Shown piece by piece: positions 49,515-60,480 of a DNA stretch of 64,000 nt. Position 1 is the first letter of the stretch. Every line of letters starts with the position of its first letter. The notes beneath the pieces are model-generated. The model saw only the letters and a list, made by a program, of their open reading frames with translations. It was not told the DNA's origin and ran no database searches. A program made the translations under genes and the position numbers. Source of the stretch: an uncultured Spirochaetota bacterium (GTDB taxonomy: Bacteria > Spirochaetota > Spirochaetia > SZUA-6 > Fen-1364); NCBI GenBank assembly GCA_963745235.1, contig CAVUXE010000029.1, forward strand, positions 64,001 to 128,000, given 5' to 3'.

Positions 49515-50573
49515 CTACCGGGCGGGGAACCGCAGCGAAATCTTTGTCCCGCCGCCGGGCCGGCTGGACGCGTGCAGGCTTCCCCGGTGCTCTTCCATGA
49601 TTGTCTTCGCGATGGTCAGACCGAGGCCGGCGCCGCCCGTGTGTGCGCGGCGGGCCTTGTCTCCCCGGAAGAACGGCTCCGTGATGTGCCGCAGGTCCTC
49701 CGGCGGAATGCCGATGCCGGTGTCCGCCACCTCCAGGAAAGCGTCCCCGCCTTCACGTCGTACTCCCACGGTGACGCTGCCTCCCCGAGGCGTGTATTCG
49801 ATCGCGTTTTCCAGGATGTTGTAGACTGCCCGCTCCAGGGCTGACGCCTCCCCCGCAATCAGGACCGGGCCGGGCGCATCGCAGAGAAGGCGCACGTCCC
49901 GCTCTTTGGCGCGCCGCGCAATCCGCGCGGTGGTGGTCACCGCAAGCGCAGAGATGTCCAGCGGCCGCAGGGAGCCGGCCCGAAGCGGGGTCGAGCCGCT
50001 GCGGGCAAGATCCAGCACTTGCTCCACCATCGCGGACATTCGTCGGATCTCCTCCAGCGAGCTCGTGATCAGGAGCCGCGCCTCCGCCGGATCTATGGGG
50101 CCCCCGCGCAGCGCGACCTCGGCTTCGCTGCGCATGACGGCGAGGGGAGTGCGCAGGTCGTGGGCCGCGTTTGCAAAGAACCTTTGCTCTCCCTGGACGG
50201 CTTCCTTGATCGGCTGCAACGTGCGAGCGGCAAGCAGGTAGCTGAGCACGCCGCCGATGAGCACCGTGATGACATCCGCAACGAGGATGGACCGTCCCAG
50301 GTGCTCGAGGTATTCCTCCAGCCCCACCCGCAGAACCTCGGACGGCCGCCGCTCTTCCGTGGCCGGCAGTGGCCCCTCGGCTTCCGTGCCTGCGCTCCTG
50401 CGCTCGATTCCCTCCACGTCGCGCGCGTGAAACTCGTACAGGGCGGAGCTCAGAACGGCGACGACGGCGGCGATGGTTGCCACGTAGAGAAGCGTGAGCC
50501 TGCGCCGCGCCGTTCGAAACGGATCAATCCGCGAGCCGGTAGCCGGCGCCGCGGACCGTCTGGATCTGCCCAT
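49515..50573 (-). CDS. Sensor histidine kinase (start approximate)
   Basis: Two TM helices; AHDLRTPL, NILENA, DTGIGI, GLGL. Confidence 0.92.
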   Translation of the reverse strand: MGRSRRSAAPATGSRIDPFRTARRRLTLLYVATIAAVVAVLSSALYEFHARDVEGIERRSAGTEAEGPLPATEERRPSEVLRVGLEEYLEHLGRSILVADVITVLIGGVLSYLLAARTLQPIKEAVQGEQRFFANAAHDLRTPLAVMRSEAEVALRGGPIDPAEARLLITSSLEEIRRMSAMVEQVLDLARSGSTPLRAGSLRPLDISALAVTTTARIARRAKERDVRLLCDAPGPVLIAGEASALERAVYNILENAIEYTPRGGSVTVGVRREGGDAFLEVADTGIGIPPEDLRHITEPFFRGDKARRAHTGGAGLGLTIAKTIMEEHRGSLHASSRPGGGTKISLRFPAR

Positions 50574-51198
50574 TGCTTCCCGCCTGCAGGAGCTTCTTTC
50601 GAACGTTTCGGATATGCACCTCCACGACGTTGCTTGCCCCGTCGAAGTCCTGGTCCCAGAGGTGCGTGGTGATCTGGAGGCGGGAAAGGACCTGCCGAGG
50701 GTGGCGCATCAACAGCTCGAGGAGCGCGAACTCCCTGGCCGTCAGGGGGACGGGCCGGCCTTTCAGGGTGACCTCCCGCGTTGCGGCGTTCATCGTCAAT
50801 TCACCGGCGCGCAGGACCGCCGCGAGCGGCACGGAGGGCCGCCGAAGCAGGGCCCGGATGCGGGCTGCCAGCTCTTCGAACGCGAACGGCTTGGCGAGGT
50901 AGTCATCCGCGCCGGTGTCGAGCCCCTCCACCCTGTCCTGGACGCCGCCGCGGGCCGTGAGGATGAGCACGGGGACCCGGTTTCCCGACGCGCGGAGGTT
51001 CCGACAGAGAGTCATGCCATCCATCCCCGGCAGCATGAGGTCCAGCACTATTGCGTCATAGCCTTCCCCCGCGCCGTCAGCCAGCCGCTGACCCTCCTCT
51101 CCGTCGAGGGCCACGTCAACAGCGTAGCCTTCCTGCCGCAGGCCTTTCTTGAGGGATGCGGCCAGCTTGGCGTTGTCTTCCACGACGAGAACACGCAT
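50524..51198 (-). CDS. OmpR-family response regulator
   Basis: VVED, LDLMLP, KPF, TVRGAGY. Confidence 0.95.
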   Translation of the reverse strand: MRVLVVEDNAKLAASLKKGLRQEGYAVDVALDGEEGQRLADGAGEGYDAIVLDLMLPGMDGMTLCRNLRASGNRVPVLILTARGGVQDRVEGLDTGADDYLAKPFAFEELAARIRALLRRPSVPLAAVLRAGELTMNAATREVTLKGRPVPLTAREFALLELLMRHPRQVLSRLQITTHLWDQDFDGASNVVEVHIRNVRKKLLQAGSNGQIQTVRGAGYRLAD

Positions 51199-51211
51199 AG
51201 GGTGAAGATAC

Positions 51212-52741
51212 TCAAATCTGTTCCCGGTGCTCGATGTCGCCGGCCTTCAGGCGCTCGATCCTCTCCGGGTCCAGGCGGATACGAAGGTTCTTCTCCTGGG
51301 TGGGAAGCACGGTGCCCTTCTTCGCTCCTTTCGCTCTGCGGAGGTATTTCACCCGCGTGTAATAGACGTCCGCAGTCCCCGCGCTCTTGCCGCGGGAGAA
51401 ATGAACGGCGAGGTTCCCGGCGTCCAGCATCGTCTCCAGGGGAAGGCTTTTGCCCGCCTGCGCCTTGACGAACACGTACGCGCCCGGCCAGTCCCTGGCG
51501 TGGAACCACCAGTCGTTGCCCCGGACCTTCCTGCGCAGAAGCTCATCGTTTTCAGAGGCGGTGCGACCCACGAGGATGCGAAAGGGAGGCGATGAGAACA
51601 CGAGGCCGGGTGTGTCGTCAGAGGCCAGCGGCTTGCGCGCCCTGGCGGCGTTGCGCGCCACCTGCACGAGGGAGGATGGATCCGTGTTCGCCAGGAGGGC
51701 AGCCCTCTGTCTCTGAACACGGGCAAGGGTTTTCTCCAGCCGACCGATCTCTTCTTCTACCTTGGATTTCCCGAGCCGCGCCTTGCGGTGACGATCGTAG
51801 TACCTCTCCGCGTTCTGCGCGGGGGTCAGCTCCGGGGCAAGCTCGATCTCCACGGGGGCGTCGTCGTGGAAGAAATCCTCCACGCGCAGCCACGGGTCCC
51901 CCTTTGCCGCGGCGTGAAGATTGCTCGTGATGAGGTCTCCCAGCTCTCGGAAGCGATCCAGGTTCGCGTACTCGCCCAGCCGGGCTCGAAGCTTTTCCAG
52001 GTTCGCAAGGAGCTTGTTCTCGCTGACCTCAAGCTCCGTGTCTGCCTGCGCCACGAGCCTCTCGGTGTTGCCGCGGCCCTCGTTCTCCCGAAAGAGCTTC
52101 TCGATTTTCTGGTTGAACGTCCCTTCCCCCGGCAGCTCGCGGACCGCGTAGTCCTTCGCGGCGGCCCGTGCGGCAGGGCTTCCGCCTGTGCTTCCGGCGG
52201 CCTGGGCAGGCGCAAAGATCTTTCCTGATACCTCGTTCTTCCTGGGCCTGCGGTAGAACGCATCCAGGATCTTTCCCGAGGTGTCGGTGAGGATTGCGTT
52301 TGCCGCGGAGCCCCACAGGCGAATCCACAGCACAAGCTCTTCGCCGGCCCGGGTCACGGCCAGGCGGACTATCCGGTCGCCGGGAACCTCTGTCACGTCC
52401 GCACTCGTTGCCGCGGCCGGATCCGCTCCCCGCGCAGCGGCCGCGCGCAACTGCTCCGCCGCCTCAATGCGCCCGCCACGCACGTGGGCCCGGAGGAAGG
52501 ATGCGAAGCGCGGGGGCTTTTCCGGGTTCGGCAGCTTTTCCGTGATCAGGTGGATGCGGGGCAGGCGGGAGGAGAGGGAAACGATGACGGAAAAGTGCGT
52601 CCCTCCGCGGAAGAGGTTCAGGACGAACCTGTCGTGCGAGGGCTGGTGGATTTCCTGGATCAGGCTCCCCGGAAGGGACAGCTCGGAGAGGATCAGGTCG
52701 ATCTCCCTCCAGTTGAGCGAGGAGGGCAGGGGATCAGTCAT
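51212..52741 (-). CDS. NFACT/RqcH (Rqc2)-family protein
   Basis: [43 protein letters not shown]. Confidence 0.88.
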   Translation of the reverse strand: MTDPLPSSLNWREIDLILSELSLPGSLIQEIHQPSHDRFVLNLFRGGTHFSVIVSLSSRLPRIHLITEKLPNPEKPPRFASFLRAHVRGGRIEAAEQLRAAAARGADPAAATSADVTEVPGDRIVRLAVTRAGEELVLWIRLWGSAANAILTDTSGKILDAFYRRPRKNEVSGKIFAPAQAAGSTGGSPAARAAAKDYAVRELPGEGTFNQKIEKLFRENEGRGNTERLVAQADTELEVSENKLLANLEKLRARLGEYANLDRFRELGDLITSNLHAAAKGDPWLRVEDFFHDDAPVEIELAPELTPAQNAERYYDRHRKARLGKSKVEEEIGRLEKTLARVQRQRAALLANTDPSSLVQVARNAARARKPLASDDTPGLVFSSPPFRILVGRTASENDELLRRKVRGNDWWFHARDWPGAYVFVKAQAGKSLPLETMLDAGNLAVHFSRGKSAGTADVYYTRVKYLRRAKGAKKGTVLPTQEKNLRIRLDPERIERLKAGDIEHREQI

Positions 52742-53278
52742 GCGCCTGCATTTTCCAGGAACACCCTTTCGTCGTCCGATGCGAAGAACACGAGAGAAAT
52801 GGCGCGCGGCGCGGAGTGGCCGGAAATGAACGCGGAAATCACCGACCAGGCGACCTGAGCGGCTTTTTCCCGTGGGTAGCCGTAGATGCCCGGTGGAGAT
52901 GGCTGGAAAAGCGATGCTTTCCGCGCCGATGCGGTCGGCCAGCTCCAGACTGTTGCGGTAGCAGTCAGAGAGCTTCGCCTGCTCTCCGCCTCCTCCGCCG
53001 TGCCAGACCGGGCCCACGGTGTGGATGACCCAGCGAGCGGGAAGGCGCCCGGCCGCGGTCTCCACGGCCTGCCCGGTGGGAAGCCCGCCGGGAAGCCGCG
53101 TTGCGCGCAGCTTTCGGCATTCCTCCAGGATTGCCGGCCCCCCCGCGCGATGGATGGCGCCGTCCACCCCGCCGCCGCCGAGGAGGGTGGAGTTGGCCGC
53201 GTTGACGATCGCATCCGCTTTGACCCGCGTGATGTCCCCGGTGGTGACCACAAGCCTCCCTTCGAAGAAGCTTCTCAC
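52738..53278 (-). CDS. Macrodomain O-acetyl-ADP-ribose deacetylase (YmdB-like; frameshift near 52890)
   Basis: [38 protein letters not shown](I)YGYP. Confidence 0.9.
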
Positions 53279-54600
53279 GTGAGGAGTCTCCGGATCTCGG
53301 CCACCATGTAGAAGGACCCGGTGACAAGGATGGGGCGGGTGCCGCCGGATTCCTGGCGCGCCCTTTGCAGGGCCGCATCCGGCATCTTCTCCAGTACCGT
53401 GCCCGGATTCAGGCCACGGAAGATCTTCGAACACCTGCTCCGGGTTGCTTTCCTTGAACGTGCCCGGCGTGGAGATGACGATCCGCGGGAACGCGTGCGC
53501 CAGGATGCTCGCCATTTCCCGCGGCCTTTTCCCGGCCACGGACCCGAAGAGCAGCACTGCTTCCCCGGGAAATATCCTGTCGAAGGAATCCATCAGGCGC
53601 GCTGACGGCGAGCGGTGTATGAGCGCCGTCCAGGACAACAGGCGGGTCGGCTCCCATCACCTCCATTCGCCCCGGGAAGCGATGCTGTAAGGAACCCGTC
53701 CCGGTAGCTGTGCAGCGGGATCTCCGGCCTGGTCCGTCGCAGGGTCAGGCAGGCCAGGGCGGCGTTCTCCGCCTGGAACTCACCCAGGAGGGAGAGCCGG
53801 AAGTCCACCGGGCTGTCTCCTCTGAGGTGGAGCCGAAGCGACGTGCCGCGCGCGTCCAGGGTGGTGGCCAGGCTCTCCAGCTCTTCGTCAAGGAACGTGA
53901 TCGGAGAGCCGCGCGAATGTGCGGTGTCCCGCAGCACCTGCTTGCCCGCCGGCGGCTGGAATCCCGAGAAGGCCGGGCGCCGCGGCTTGAAGATGCCGGC
54001 CTTCTCGAAGGCGATCTGCTCGATGGTGTCTCCCAGGACGTCCGTGTGCTCCAGGTCCAGGGGGGTGATCACGGCCGCCTCCGGCATCACGATGTTGGTT
54101 GCATCCAGCCTGCCGCCGATCCCCGTCTCTATGATGGCCTCCTCGCAGCCGGCTTCCCGGAAGTACAGGAACGCAAGGAGAGTGTACAGCTCGAACGTCG
54201 TGGGGGCGAAATGCCCGGGCATGCCATCCTGGGGGAGCGAATCCACGACAGCACGGGCCTCATGGCCGATGCGGACAAGGAGGTCAGGCCGCGGCTGCTC
54301 CCCCGCAATCGCGATCCTCTCGAACGCACTGGTGACGTGCGGGGAGGTGTACAGGCCGGTCCGGTGGCCGGCGGCGTCAAGGATGGAAGCCAGGAGCGCG
54401 GAGGTCGAGCCTTTCCCCTTCGTGCCGGCGACGTGGATGATGCGAAGGCCCGCGTCCGGGTCATCGAAAAGCCCCAGGAGGTGCCGCATCCGGTCCAGGC
54501 GGTAGTTGCGCTTGTCGTAGGGCAGGGTCCCCTTCTCGAGGTTCGTGAATGACTCGGTCCAGGCAAATACGTCCTCTGGAGTGTCGAGCTCTCTTTTCAT
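53275..54600 (-). CDS. folC: Folylpolyglutamate/dihydrofolate synthase (frameshifted)
   Basis: [45 protein letters not shown]. Confidence 0.9.
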
Positions 54601-56028
54601 CGCAGCAGGACCGAGCTCTCCCTTTTCATCGTCCCGCGTGCGGACGATCTCCTGGATCTTGTATGTCCCGAACTTCCTGGCGTGGAGAAAACCGTCCCAA
54701 CCCGCATCCGCCAGCCTGCCTGCCTTGACCAGGTCCAGGAGCCACTGGTCCGTGTACTGGGGATCCTGCTGCGGGAACCCGGCCTGTATCTCCAGGAGCC
54801 ACGCCTGGTTGTACTCCTCCTGGGACCCGATGGTTGGCGCCATGATGACGGGGATTCCCAGGCCGCAGTAGAAGGACAGCTCGCTCGGTTTCGTCCACAG
54901 GATGTCGGTGGTGCGCATGCATTCGGCGAAGCCGTGAAAGTACTCCTCCAGGCCTGTCCCCGTCACGATCCGGATCTGCGGCGCTGCCAGCTCTTTTCGA
55001 ATGGCTTCCAGCCGGGCCCTCACCTCAGCGCGAACGCCGGCGAGGATGTTCAGCCTGATCTCTCCCCTGACGATTTTCTCCCTGAGGCTATGCGCGATGG
55101 TATGGGCGATGTCCACCTGCGCGCCTGCCCCGCCGACCCCGAAGGTGACCGTCAGGACCCGTTGCTTCAGCGGCTTGCAGTTCTCTTTGCCAAGGAAGTA
55201 CTCGATGTTCCGCCCATGGAGCGGCCAGAAGCGGTTCAACGGGTCCAGGTAGCGCAGCCTTTGCCCGAGGTCCTTGCGCAGCACGTTGAGGTTCCTGTTC
55301 CCCAGGCACTCCACGGGAAGCGGGAAGCCGGTGAGCCAGATGCGCTCGTTGGGGATGCCATATTCGTTCAGCCGGCGGACCGCCCTGCCGCACGGGGTGA
55401 GGTAAACGATCTTGCTGTCACGGGGGTTCTCCGCAACCCATGCCCTGTTGACCTCCGCGTCGCAGATCACGCAATAGGTGGGCGTATAGCCTGCCATGTC
55501 CGCGGCGATGGCCGGAGCGTAGAAGGTTGTGACGAGGGGAAGCGGGTTCGCGTTGATTGTCTCCAGCATCCCCGAGCACATCCCCCTCGTGATGAGGCGC
55601 TTGAGCCACATGACCTGAAAGGAAGGGTTTGACATGTCGCGGACCGGATAGAAGCGCGGGATGTTCTGCAGCTTGTCCAGCATGCCGAAGACGGTGTCGC
55701 CGATCAGGGGCCAGCTCTTGGTCCGCGACAGGAACTCGTAGCTCCTGCGCAGCTGCTCCCAGAGCCTGTGCTCCGAGGGGGAGGTGTTGTTGGCCTTGCC
55801 CAGCGTCATGATGCCCTGCTGCGCCACGTCCCGCAGCGGCCAGGCCGCTCTCTGATGGCCGAGTCCCATGTCCGCGGTGACGACCCACGCCCGGGGAGCA
55901 TCGGATGCCCCCGCTGGCTGGGGAAGCCGGGCTCGACGCACCACGGTATGCCGCGGCGCTGCGCTTCTGTCCACGGGGGTTGATTTCTGGAGACGCCTCT
56001 CAGCTCTCCTTGCCGGTGTGGGTTTCAT
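54597..56028 (-). CDS. GT-B-fold protein, MGDG synthase/UgtP-like (frameshift near 54640)
   Basis: ADMGLGHQRAA, TGFPL, GGAG, WTKPSE, SQEEYN. Confidence 0.65.
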
Positions 56029-57328
56029 CCATTCTCCTTTCCCTCAGGGCCATTGCGTGCGCGGGGAACCCCTCGTAGTCCGCCAGGGTGATTGCCGCGG
56101 CGCGAAGCGCCTGGTGCCCGGACGCTGTGAGGTAGGCCACGGACGAGTACTTGAGGAAATCCCGCACCGAAAGGGGCGAGAAGGACCGGGCCTTGCCGCC
56201 CGTGGGAAGCACTGCGTTGGCTCCGATTGCATAGTTTGCCAGGGAAAAGGGGGTGTGCTGTCCCAGGAGGATCTCTCCCGCATTGCGCACCCCTCCCAGC
56301 GTGGCAAGGGGATCCGCGGTGGCGATCTGGAGGTGCTCGGGGGCAACATCGTTCACAATGCCAAGTGCCTCCGTGATATCGGTGGTGCGGATGATCCCGC
56401 CGTAGTTCGCAAAGACTTCGCGGACATATGTTACGCGGGGCTCGGGAAGGGAGGCGGCGAGCTTCGGGAGGAGATCCGCAACCTTCAGCGCCAGGCCCTC
56501 TGCCGGCGTGACCAGGAGCGCCTGGGAATCCGCGCCATGCTCCGCTTCTATCAGCAGGTCAAGGGCGACGCGGCGCGCATCAGCGCTCTCATCCGCGATG
56601 ATCATGGACTCCGAGGGTCCGGCAGGGAGCCCGACGTCCACCACTCCGACGAGGAGCCTTTTTGCCGCTGTCACATACTGGTTGCCGGGTCCGACGAACT
56701 TCTCCACCCGTCGAATGCTTTCCGTGCCGTACGCGAGCGCCGCCAGCGCCTGCACCCCGCCGACCCGGTAAACCTCGTGCGCGCCGCACAGCCGGGCGGC
56801 GAAGAGAGTGGCCGGGTCACAGGCGCCCAGGGCGTCCGGCGGGGTGACCACGACGACGCGCGGAACCCGCGCGACGCGGGCGGGCTCCGCCATCATGTAG
56901 GTGGAGGAGGGGAAGCTTCCTTTGCCCCGCGGCGCATACAGGCCGACAGCAGGAATGGCCGTGGCCCGTTCCCCCGCGTATACGCCGGGCATCACTTCGT
57001 CGAAGCTCATGGCGCCCGGCAGCTGGCCTTCATGGTAGACCCGCACGTTGCGCACACAGAAGCGGATTGCATCCTTGACGGCCGCGGAGAGCAGGGACTC
57101 TGCCCGGGCAAACTCTTCTTCCTGGACGGCCAGGGGCATGCCCGAAATGTCAGCGCCGTTGAACCGGCGCGTGAGGGAGACGAGCGCCTTGTCCCCTTCC
57201 GCGCGCACCTGCTCAATGATCTCCCGCACCTGGGGGATGGCGGAAGAGATGTCCTGCTCCGAGCGGGAGAGGATCTTCTTCTTCTCCTCTCCGGAGAGCG
57301 AACGCCAGTCGAGGATGCGCACATTCAT
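56000..57328 (-). CDS. hisD: Histidinol dehydrogenase-family protein with variant Zn ligands
   Basis: GLYAPRG, GGVQA.AALAYG, GPGNQYV, AGPSE, EAEH, APEHL; no his operon context. Confidence 0.8.
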   Translation of the reverse strand: MNVRILDWRSLSGEEKKKILSRSEQDISSAIPQVREIIEQVRAEGDKALVSLTRRFNGADISGMPLAVQEEEFARAESLLSAAVKDAIRFCVRNVRVYHEGQLPGAMSFDEVMPGVYAGERATAIPAVGLYAPRGKGSFPSSTYMMAEPARVARVPRVVVVTPPDALGACDPATLFAARLCGAHEVYRVGGVQALAALAYGTESIRRVEKFVGPGNQYVTAAKRLLVGVVDVGLPAGPSESMIIADESADARRVALDLLIEAEHGADSQALLVTPAEGLALKVADLLPKLAASLPEPRVTYVREVFANYGGIIRTTDITEALGIVNDVAPEHLQIATADPLATLGGVRNAGEILLGQHTPFSLANYAIGANAVLPTGGKARSFSPLSVRDFLKYSSVAYLTASGHQALRAAAITLADYEGFPAHAMALRERRMDETHTGKES

Positions 57329-57360
57329 ATCGGCTACTCTACCGGGCCATGGTGCCGGCG

Positions 57361-58728
57361 TCAATTGAGACCCGAATCGAGCACCGGTTGCTCGGCCTCC
57401 AGCCAGTTCCTCCGGGCAAGCTCCTGGAACCAGAATGCGCTCTTGCGGAAGGTGCGGGCCTGGGTTGCAAAGTCCGTGTGCAGCAGCCCGAAGCGCATCA
57501 GGTGACCGAACGCCCACTCGAAGTTGTCCATCAGGGTCCAGTGGAAATAGCCGCGGCAGTCCACACCCTCCGCAACCGCCTTCCCCACCAGCGCGATGTG
57601 GTCCCGCAGGTAAGCGATGCGTTCCGGGTCGTCCAGGGGATCCCGCCCGTCCGCCCCGGGAAGAGGAAAGCCGTTCTCCGTGATGTAGCACGGAGGGTTG
57701 CCGTACTCGTCACGCAGCCGAAGGAGCGAGAGATAGATGCCCTTGGGATAGATCTCCCACATGGCGCTGCGCGGCGCGTGGGGATCCACGTATTCCCGGG
57801 CGTGCGTGTAGGGCTGCAGCAGGGACCAGCGGTAGACCGAGCGCTGATAGTAGTTTATCCCGGCAAAATCCAGGGAACCCTTCATTCCGGGAAGGTCCCT
57901 TTCGAAGCCGCGCGGCATGTGGCGGCCAACACGGGCGAGCACACTCCCTGGATAGGCACCGAGGAAAAAAGGGTCCATGAAGAAGCGGTTGAGCGCCTGG
58001 TCCATGAACAGCGCTGCCGCCCTGTCCCTTTCCCGGCCCGGATCCTTCGGGGATATCCAGATCTGCGCCAGGGCCATGCCCATCCGTCCTCCCGGAACCA
58101 GCGCTCTGACGGCCTCGCGAAGGCGCGCGTGGGACAGGAGCAGGTGATGGGCGCAGTGAAACATGCCGCTCAGGTCGTTCTTGCGGCCAGGAGGGAAGTA
58201 TCCCAGGATGTAGCCCAGAGAGGCGAAGATCGACGGTTCGTTGACGGAGATCCAGGTCTTTACCCGGTCTCCCAGGTTCCTGAACAGGCAGGCGCCGTAC
58301 TCCTCCAGGTGGTCAACGGCGGCGCGTTTCACGAAGCCGCCGGTCTTTTCCAGCCAGACGGGTTCATCCCAGTGGAAGAGGGTAAGCCACGGCTCGATGT
58401 TCGAAGCAAGCAGGCAGTCGACCAGGCGCGAGTAGAAGTCCAGGCCTTTCTGGTTGACGCGATGGGGCTCGGGGAATATCCGGGGCCACGACACGGAGAA
58501 CCGGTAGGCGTTGAGCCCCAGCTCCTTCATGAGGCCGACGTCCTGCGCGGACCTGCGATAATGGTCGCACGCTGCGTCGCCGTTCGTTCCATCCCTGATT
58601 CTTCCCGGCCGGTGGCTGAACTCGTGCCAGATCGAAGGGCTGGCGCCGTCCGCGAGCGGGGACCCCTCTATCTGGTAGGAAGCTGTTGCTGCGCCCCAGA
58701 GGAAGCCGCGCGGGAACTGGATAGGCAT
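57361..58728 (-). CDS. GH1 beta-glucosidase
   Basis: WGAATASYQIEG, YRFSVSW, NEP, ITENG, DNFEW. Confidence 0.93.
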   Translation of the reverse strand: MPIQFPRGFLWGAATASYQIEGSPLADGASPSIWHEFSHRPGRIRDGTNGDAACDHYRRSAQDVGLMKELGLNAYRFSVSWPRIFPEPHRVNQKGLDFYSRLVDCLLASNIEPWLTLFHWDEPVWLEKTGGFVKRAAVDHLEEYGACLFRNLGDRVKTWISVNEPSIFASLGYILGYFPPGRKNDLSGMFHCAHHLLLSHARLREAVRALVPGGRMGMALAQIWISPKDPGRERDRAAALFMDQALNRFFMDPFFLGAYPGSVLARVGRHMPRGFERDLPGMKGSLDFAGINYYQRSVYRWSLLQPYTHAREYVDPHAPRSAMWEIYPKGIYLSLLRLRDEYGNPPCYITENGFPLPGADGRDPLDDPERIAYLRDHIALVGKAVAEGVDCRGYFHWTLMDNFEWAFGHLMRFGLLHTDFATQARTFRKSAFWFQELARRNWLEAEQPVLDSGLN

Positions 58729-58783
58729 GATTCCCTCCGAAGGCCGGATGGTAGCGTGCCGAGGGGCAGCGCGTCGAGATGCG

Positions 58784-58830
58784 GCTCGGCGCCCCCCACG
58801 CGGCTCCGCCGCGCTACGCATCCTTGGCTC
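58784..58830. repeat. About 46-bp GC-rich intergenic repeat, copy 1
   Basis: GCTCGGCGCCCCCCACGCGGCTCCGCCGCGCTACGCATCCTTGGCT; near-identical direct copy at 61917-61961. Confidence 0.8.
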
Positions 58831-58845
58831 GCCACCGGGATCGGA

Positions 58846-59248
58846 GTCTTCAGACGAGGTTAGGCGAACTGAGCCTCAAGATCCCCAAGCTACGCGAGGT
58901 GAGCTACTTCCCTTCCTTCCTGGAACCAAGGCGACCGCCTTCGTTCAGGATAGCCACACCGAGGCAGTTCGGCAGTGGCGGGAGTCGGCTATGAACCTCC
59001 GGACGCGGTTCCCGAAGGTCCAAGACCTGATGGAGAGGGCCGAAGTCGATGTGCTGGCGTTCATCGCGCTCCCGAAGGAGCACTGGCCACAGATCGCGAG
59101 CACCAATCCCATCGAGCGGCTCAACCGAGAGATCAAGCGTCGATCGCAGGTCGTCGGGATCTTCCCGAACGACGCCCCGGTACTGTGCCTCGTGCGCGCT
59201 GATGGCCGAGCAAAACCGATGAGTGGCAGGTCTTACGAAGGTACATGA
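58846..59248 (+). pseudogene. IS256-family transposase remnant (internal deletion)
   Basis: TRLGELSLKIPKLR.SYFPSFLEPR joined to EVDVLAF..PKEHWPQIASTNPIERLNREIKRRSQVVGIFPN. Confidence 0.85.
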
Positions 59249-59435
59249 GTCAAGAAAGTCTTCAGAAAGTCGGAGGACCGGGACAGGATCCACTCCCGGG
59301 CAAGGGGCCCGGCAGGGCCGCATAAACTCGGTTTGGACGAATTGGAGGGGTTATGGAAACGCTGAAGAATGGGCTACTTGGCCGATGACATGATCGAGTT
59401 CCGGCGACTTCGTCTTCTCAGAGAATTGGGTCGCC

Positions 59436-60386
59436 TCAAACCTGGGACGATTCAAAGCCTGTGCGATTCATGGAACCTGCATGGGTGCGAGCGTATTGTC
59501 TTGGGGAACATCCCAGTACTCTTTTGAACGCAGCGCTAAAGGCACTCTCAGACTCGTAGCCGAGAGAGGGCGCAATCTCAGCGATGGGGTCATGGAAGTC
59601 CATCAACCGTTCTGTTGCCTTGAACATCCGCCATTGGGTCACATATTCAATGGCCGAGGTACCAACGGTCGCTTTGAACCTCTGGGCGAAAAGAGAACGG
59701 GACATTCCCGCTATCCCGGCCAATCTCTGAAGAGTCCAGCGTTGGGCCGGGTCACCATGGATCGCGGTCAGCGCACGGCTGATTTTTTCATCGGAAAGAG
59801 CGAACAGCCACCCAGAAATGCCGTTGGAGCCTTCAGACAAGTAGACCCGCAAAGCCTGAATCAGAATCAGGGAGGCGAGGTGCTGTTCTACCAGGCTGCT
59901 GCCGGGTCGCGAGGTCCGCAGCTCACGCATCAAAAAATCGAGGGACCAATGAAAGGCAGGATCGATGGACTCTTTGCGGATATGAATGACGGGAGGCAGG
60001 AGATCGAGGAGAACATTGGCCTGGTGTCCAGAGAGGAGAAAGTGCCCTCCGAGGGTCAAGCTGTTTCCGCCTCCATTGAGAGTAACGATGTCACCATTAT
60101 GCCGGATCGCCGACTTGAAGACCGCCACGTCGGTGGCTGGCAACGACGGGTCAGTCGTCAGACAACACGGATGTCCTCCCGTAAGCAACACGCAGTCTCC
60201 TGCATCGAGGTGCACCGCTTCCGGCGTTCCCTCCACCAACAGCCAAAGCTGACCTGAGACAAGAGCGTAGTACTTGATGCCTTCAAACCGGGGAAACTGT
60301 ACCGAGTGGTCTCCACCCACATCAAAACCGCTGCAGGTGAAGCTGTGAGGCTTGAGGAGCGAAATGACATCAGAAAGTGGATCCAC
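59436..60386 (-). CDS. AraC-family regulator (cupin + HTH)
   Basis: MDPLSDV..., GWLFAL, WTLQRLA..AGMSRS.F, GYESESAFS. Confidence 0.92.
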   Translation of the reverse strand: MDPLSDVISLLKPHSFTCSGFDVGGDHSVQFPRFEGIKYYALVSGQLWLLVEGTPEAVHLDAGDCVLLTGGHPCCLTTDPSLPATDVAVFKSAIRHNGDIVTLNGGGNSLTLGGHFLLSGHQANVLLDLLPPVIHIRKESIDPAFHWSLDFLMRELRTSRPGSSLVEQHLASLILIQALRVYLSEGSNGISGWLFALSDEKISRALTAIHGDPAQRWTLQRLAGIAGMSRSLFAQRFKATVGTSAIEYVTQWRMFKATERLMDFHDPIAEIAPSLGYESESAFSAAFKRVLGCSPRQYARTHAGSMNRTGFESSQV

Positions 60387-60480
60387 GAGTCCTCCTGGAC
60401 GATCCCGACGATAATTTGGACTCAGGAATATAGATCGTACGAAGTCAAGGTACTACTTTCCTGTCAAAGGAGACAAACAC

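Noticed and set aside
51212-53638. 808-aa FolC-Macro-NFACT fusion in the ORF track
   Set aside because: Separate starts and stops with GTGA/ATGA overlaps exist at 53275-53278 and 52738-52741; frameshifts create the fusion.
53593-56028. 811-aa glycosyltransferase-FolC fusion
   Set aside because: A one-base fix near 54640 restores a stop overlapping the folC ATG (ATGA at 54597-54600).
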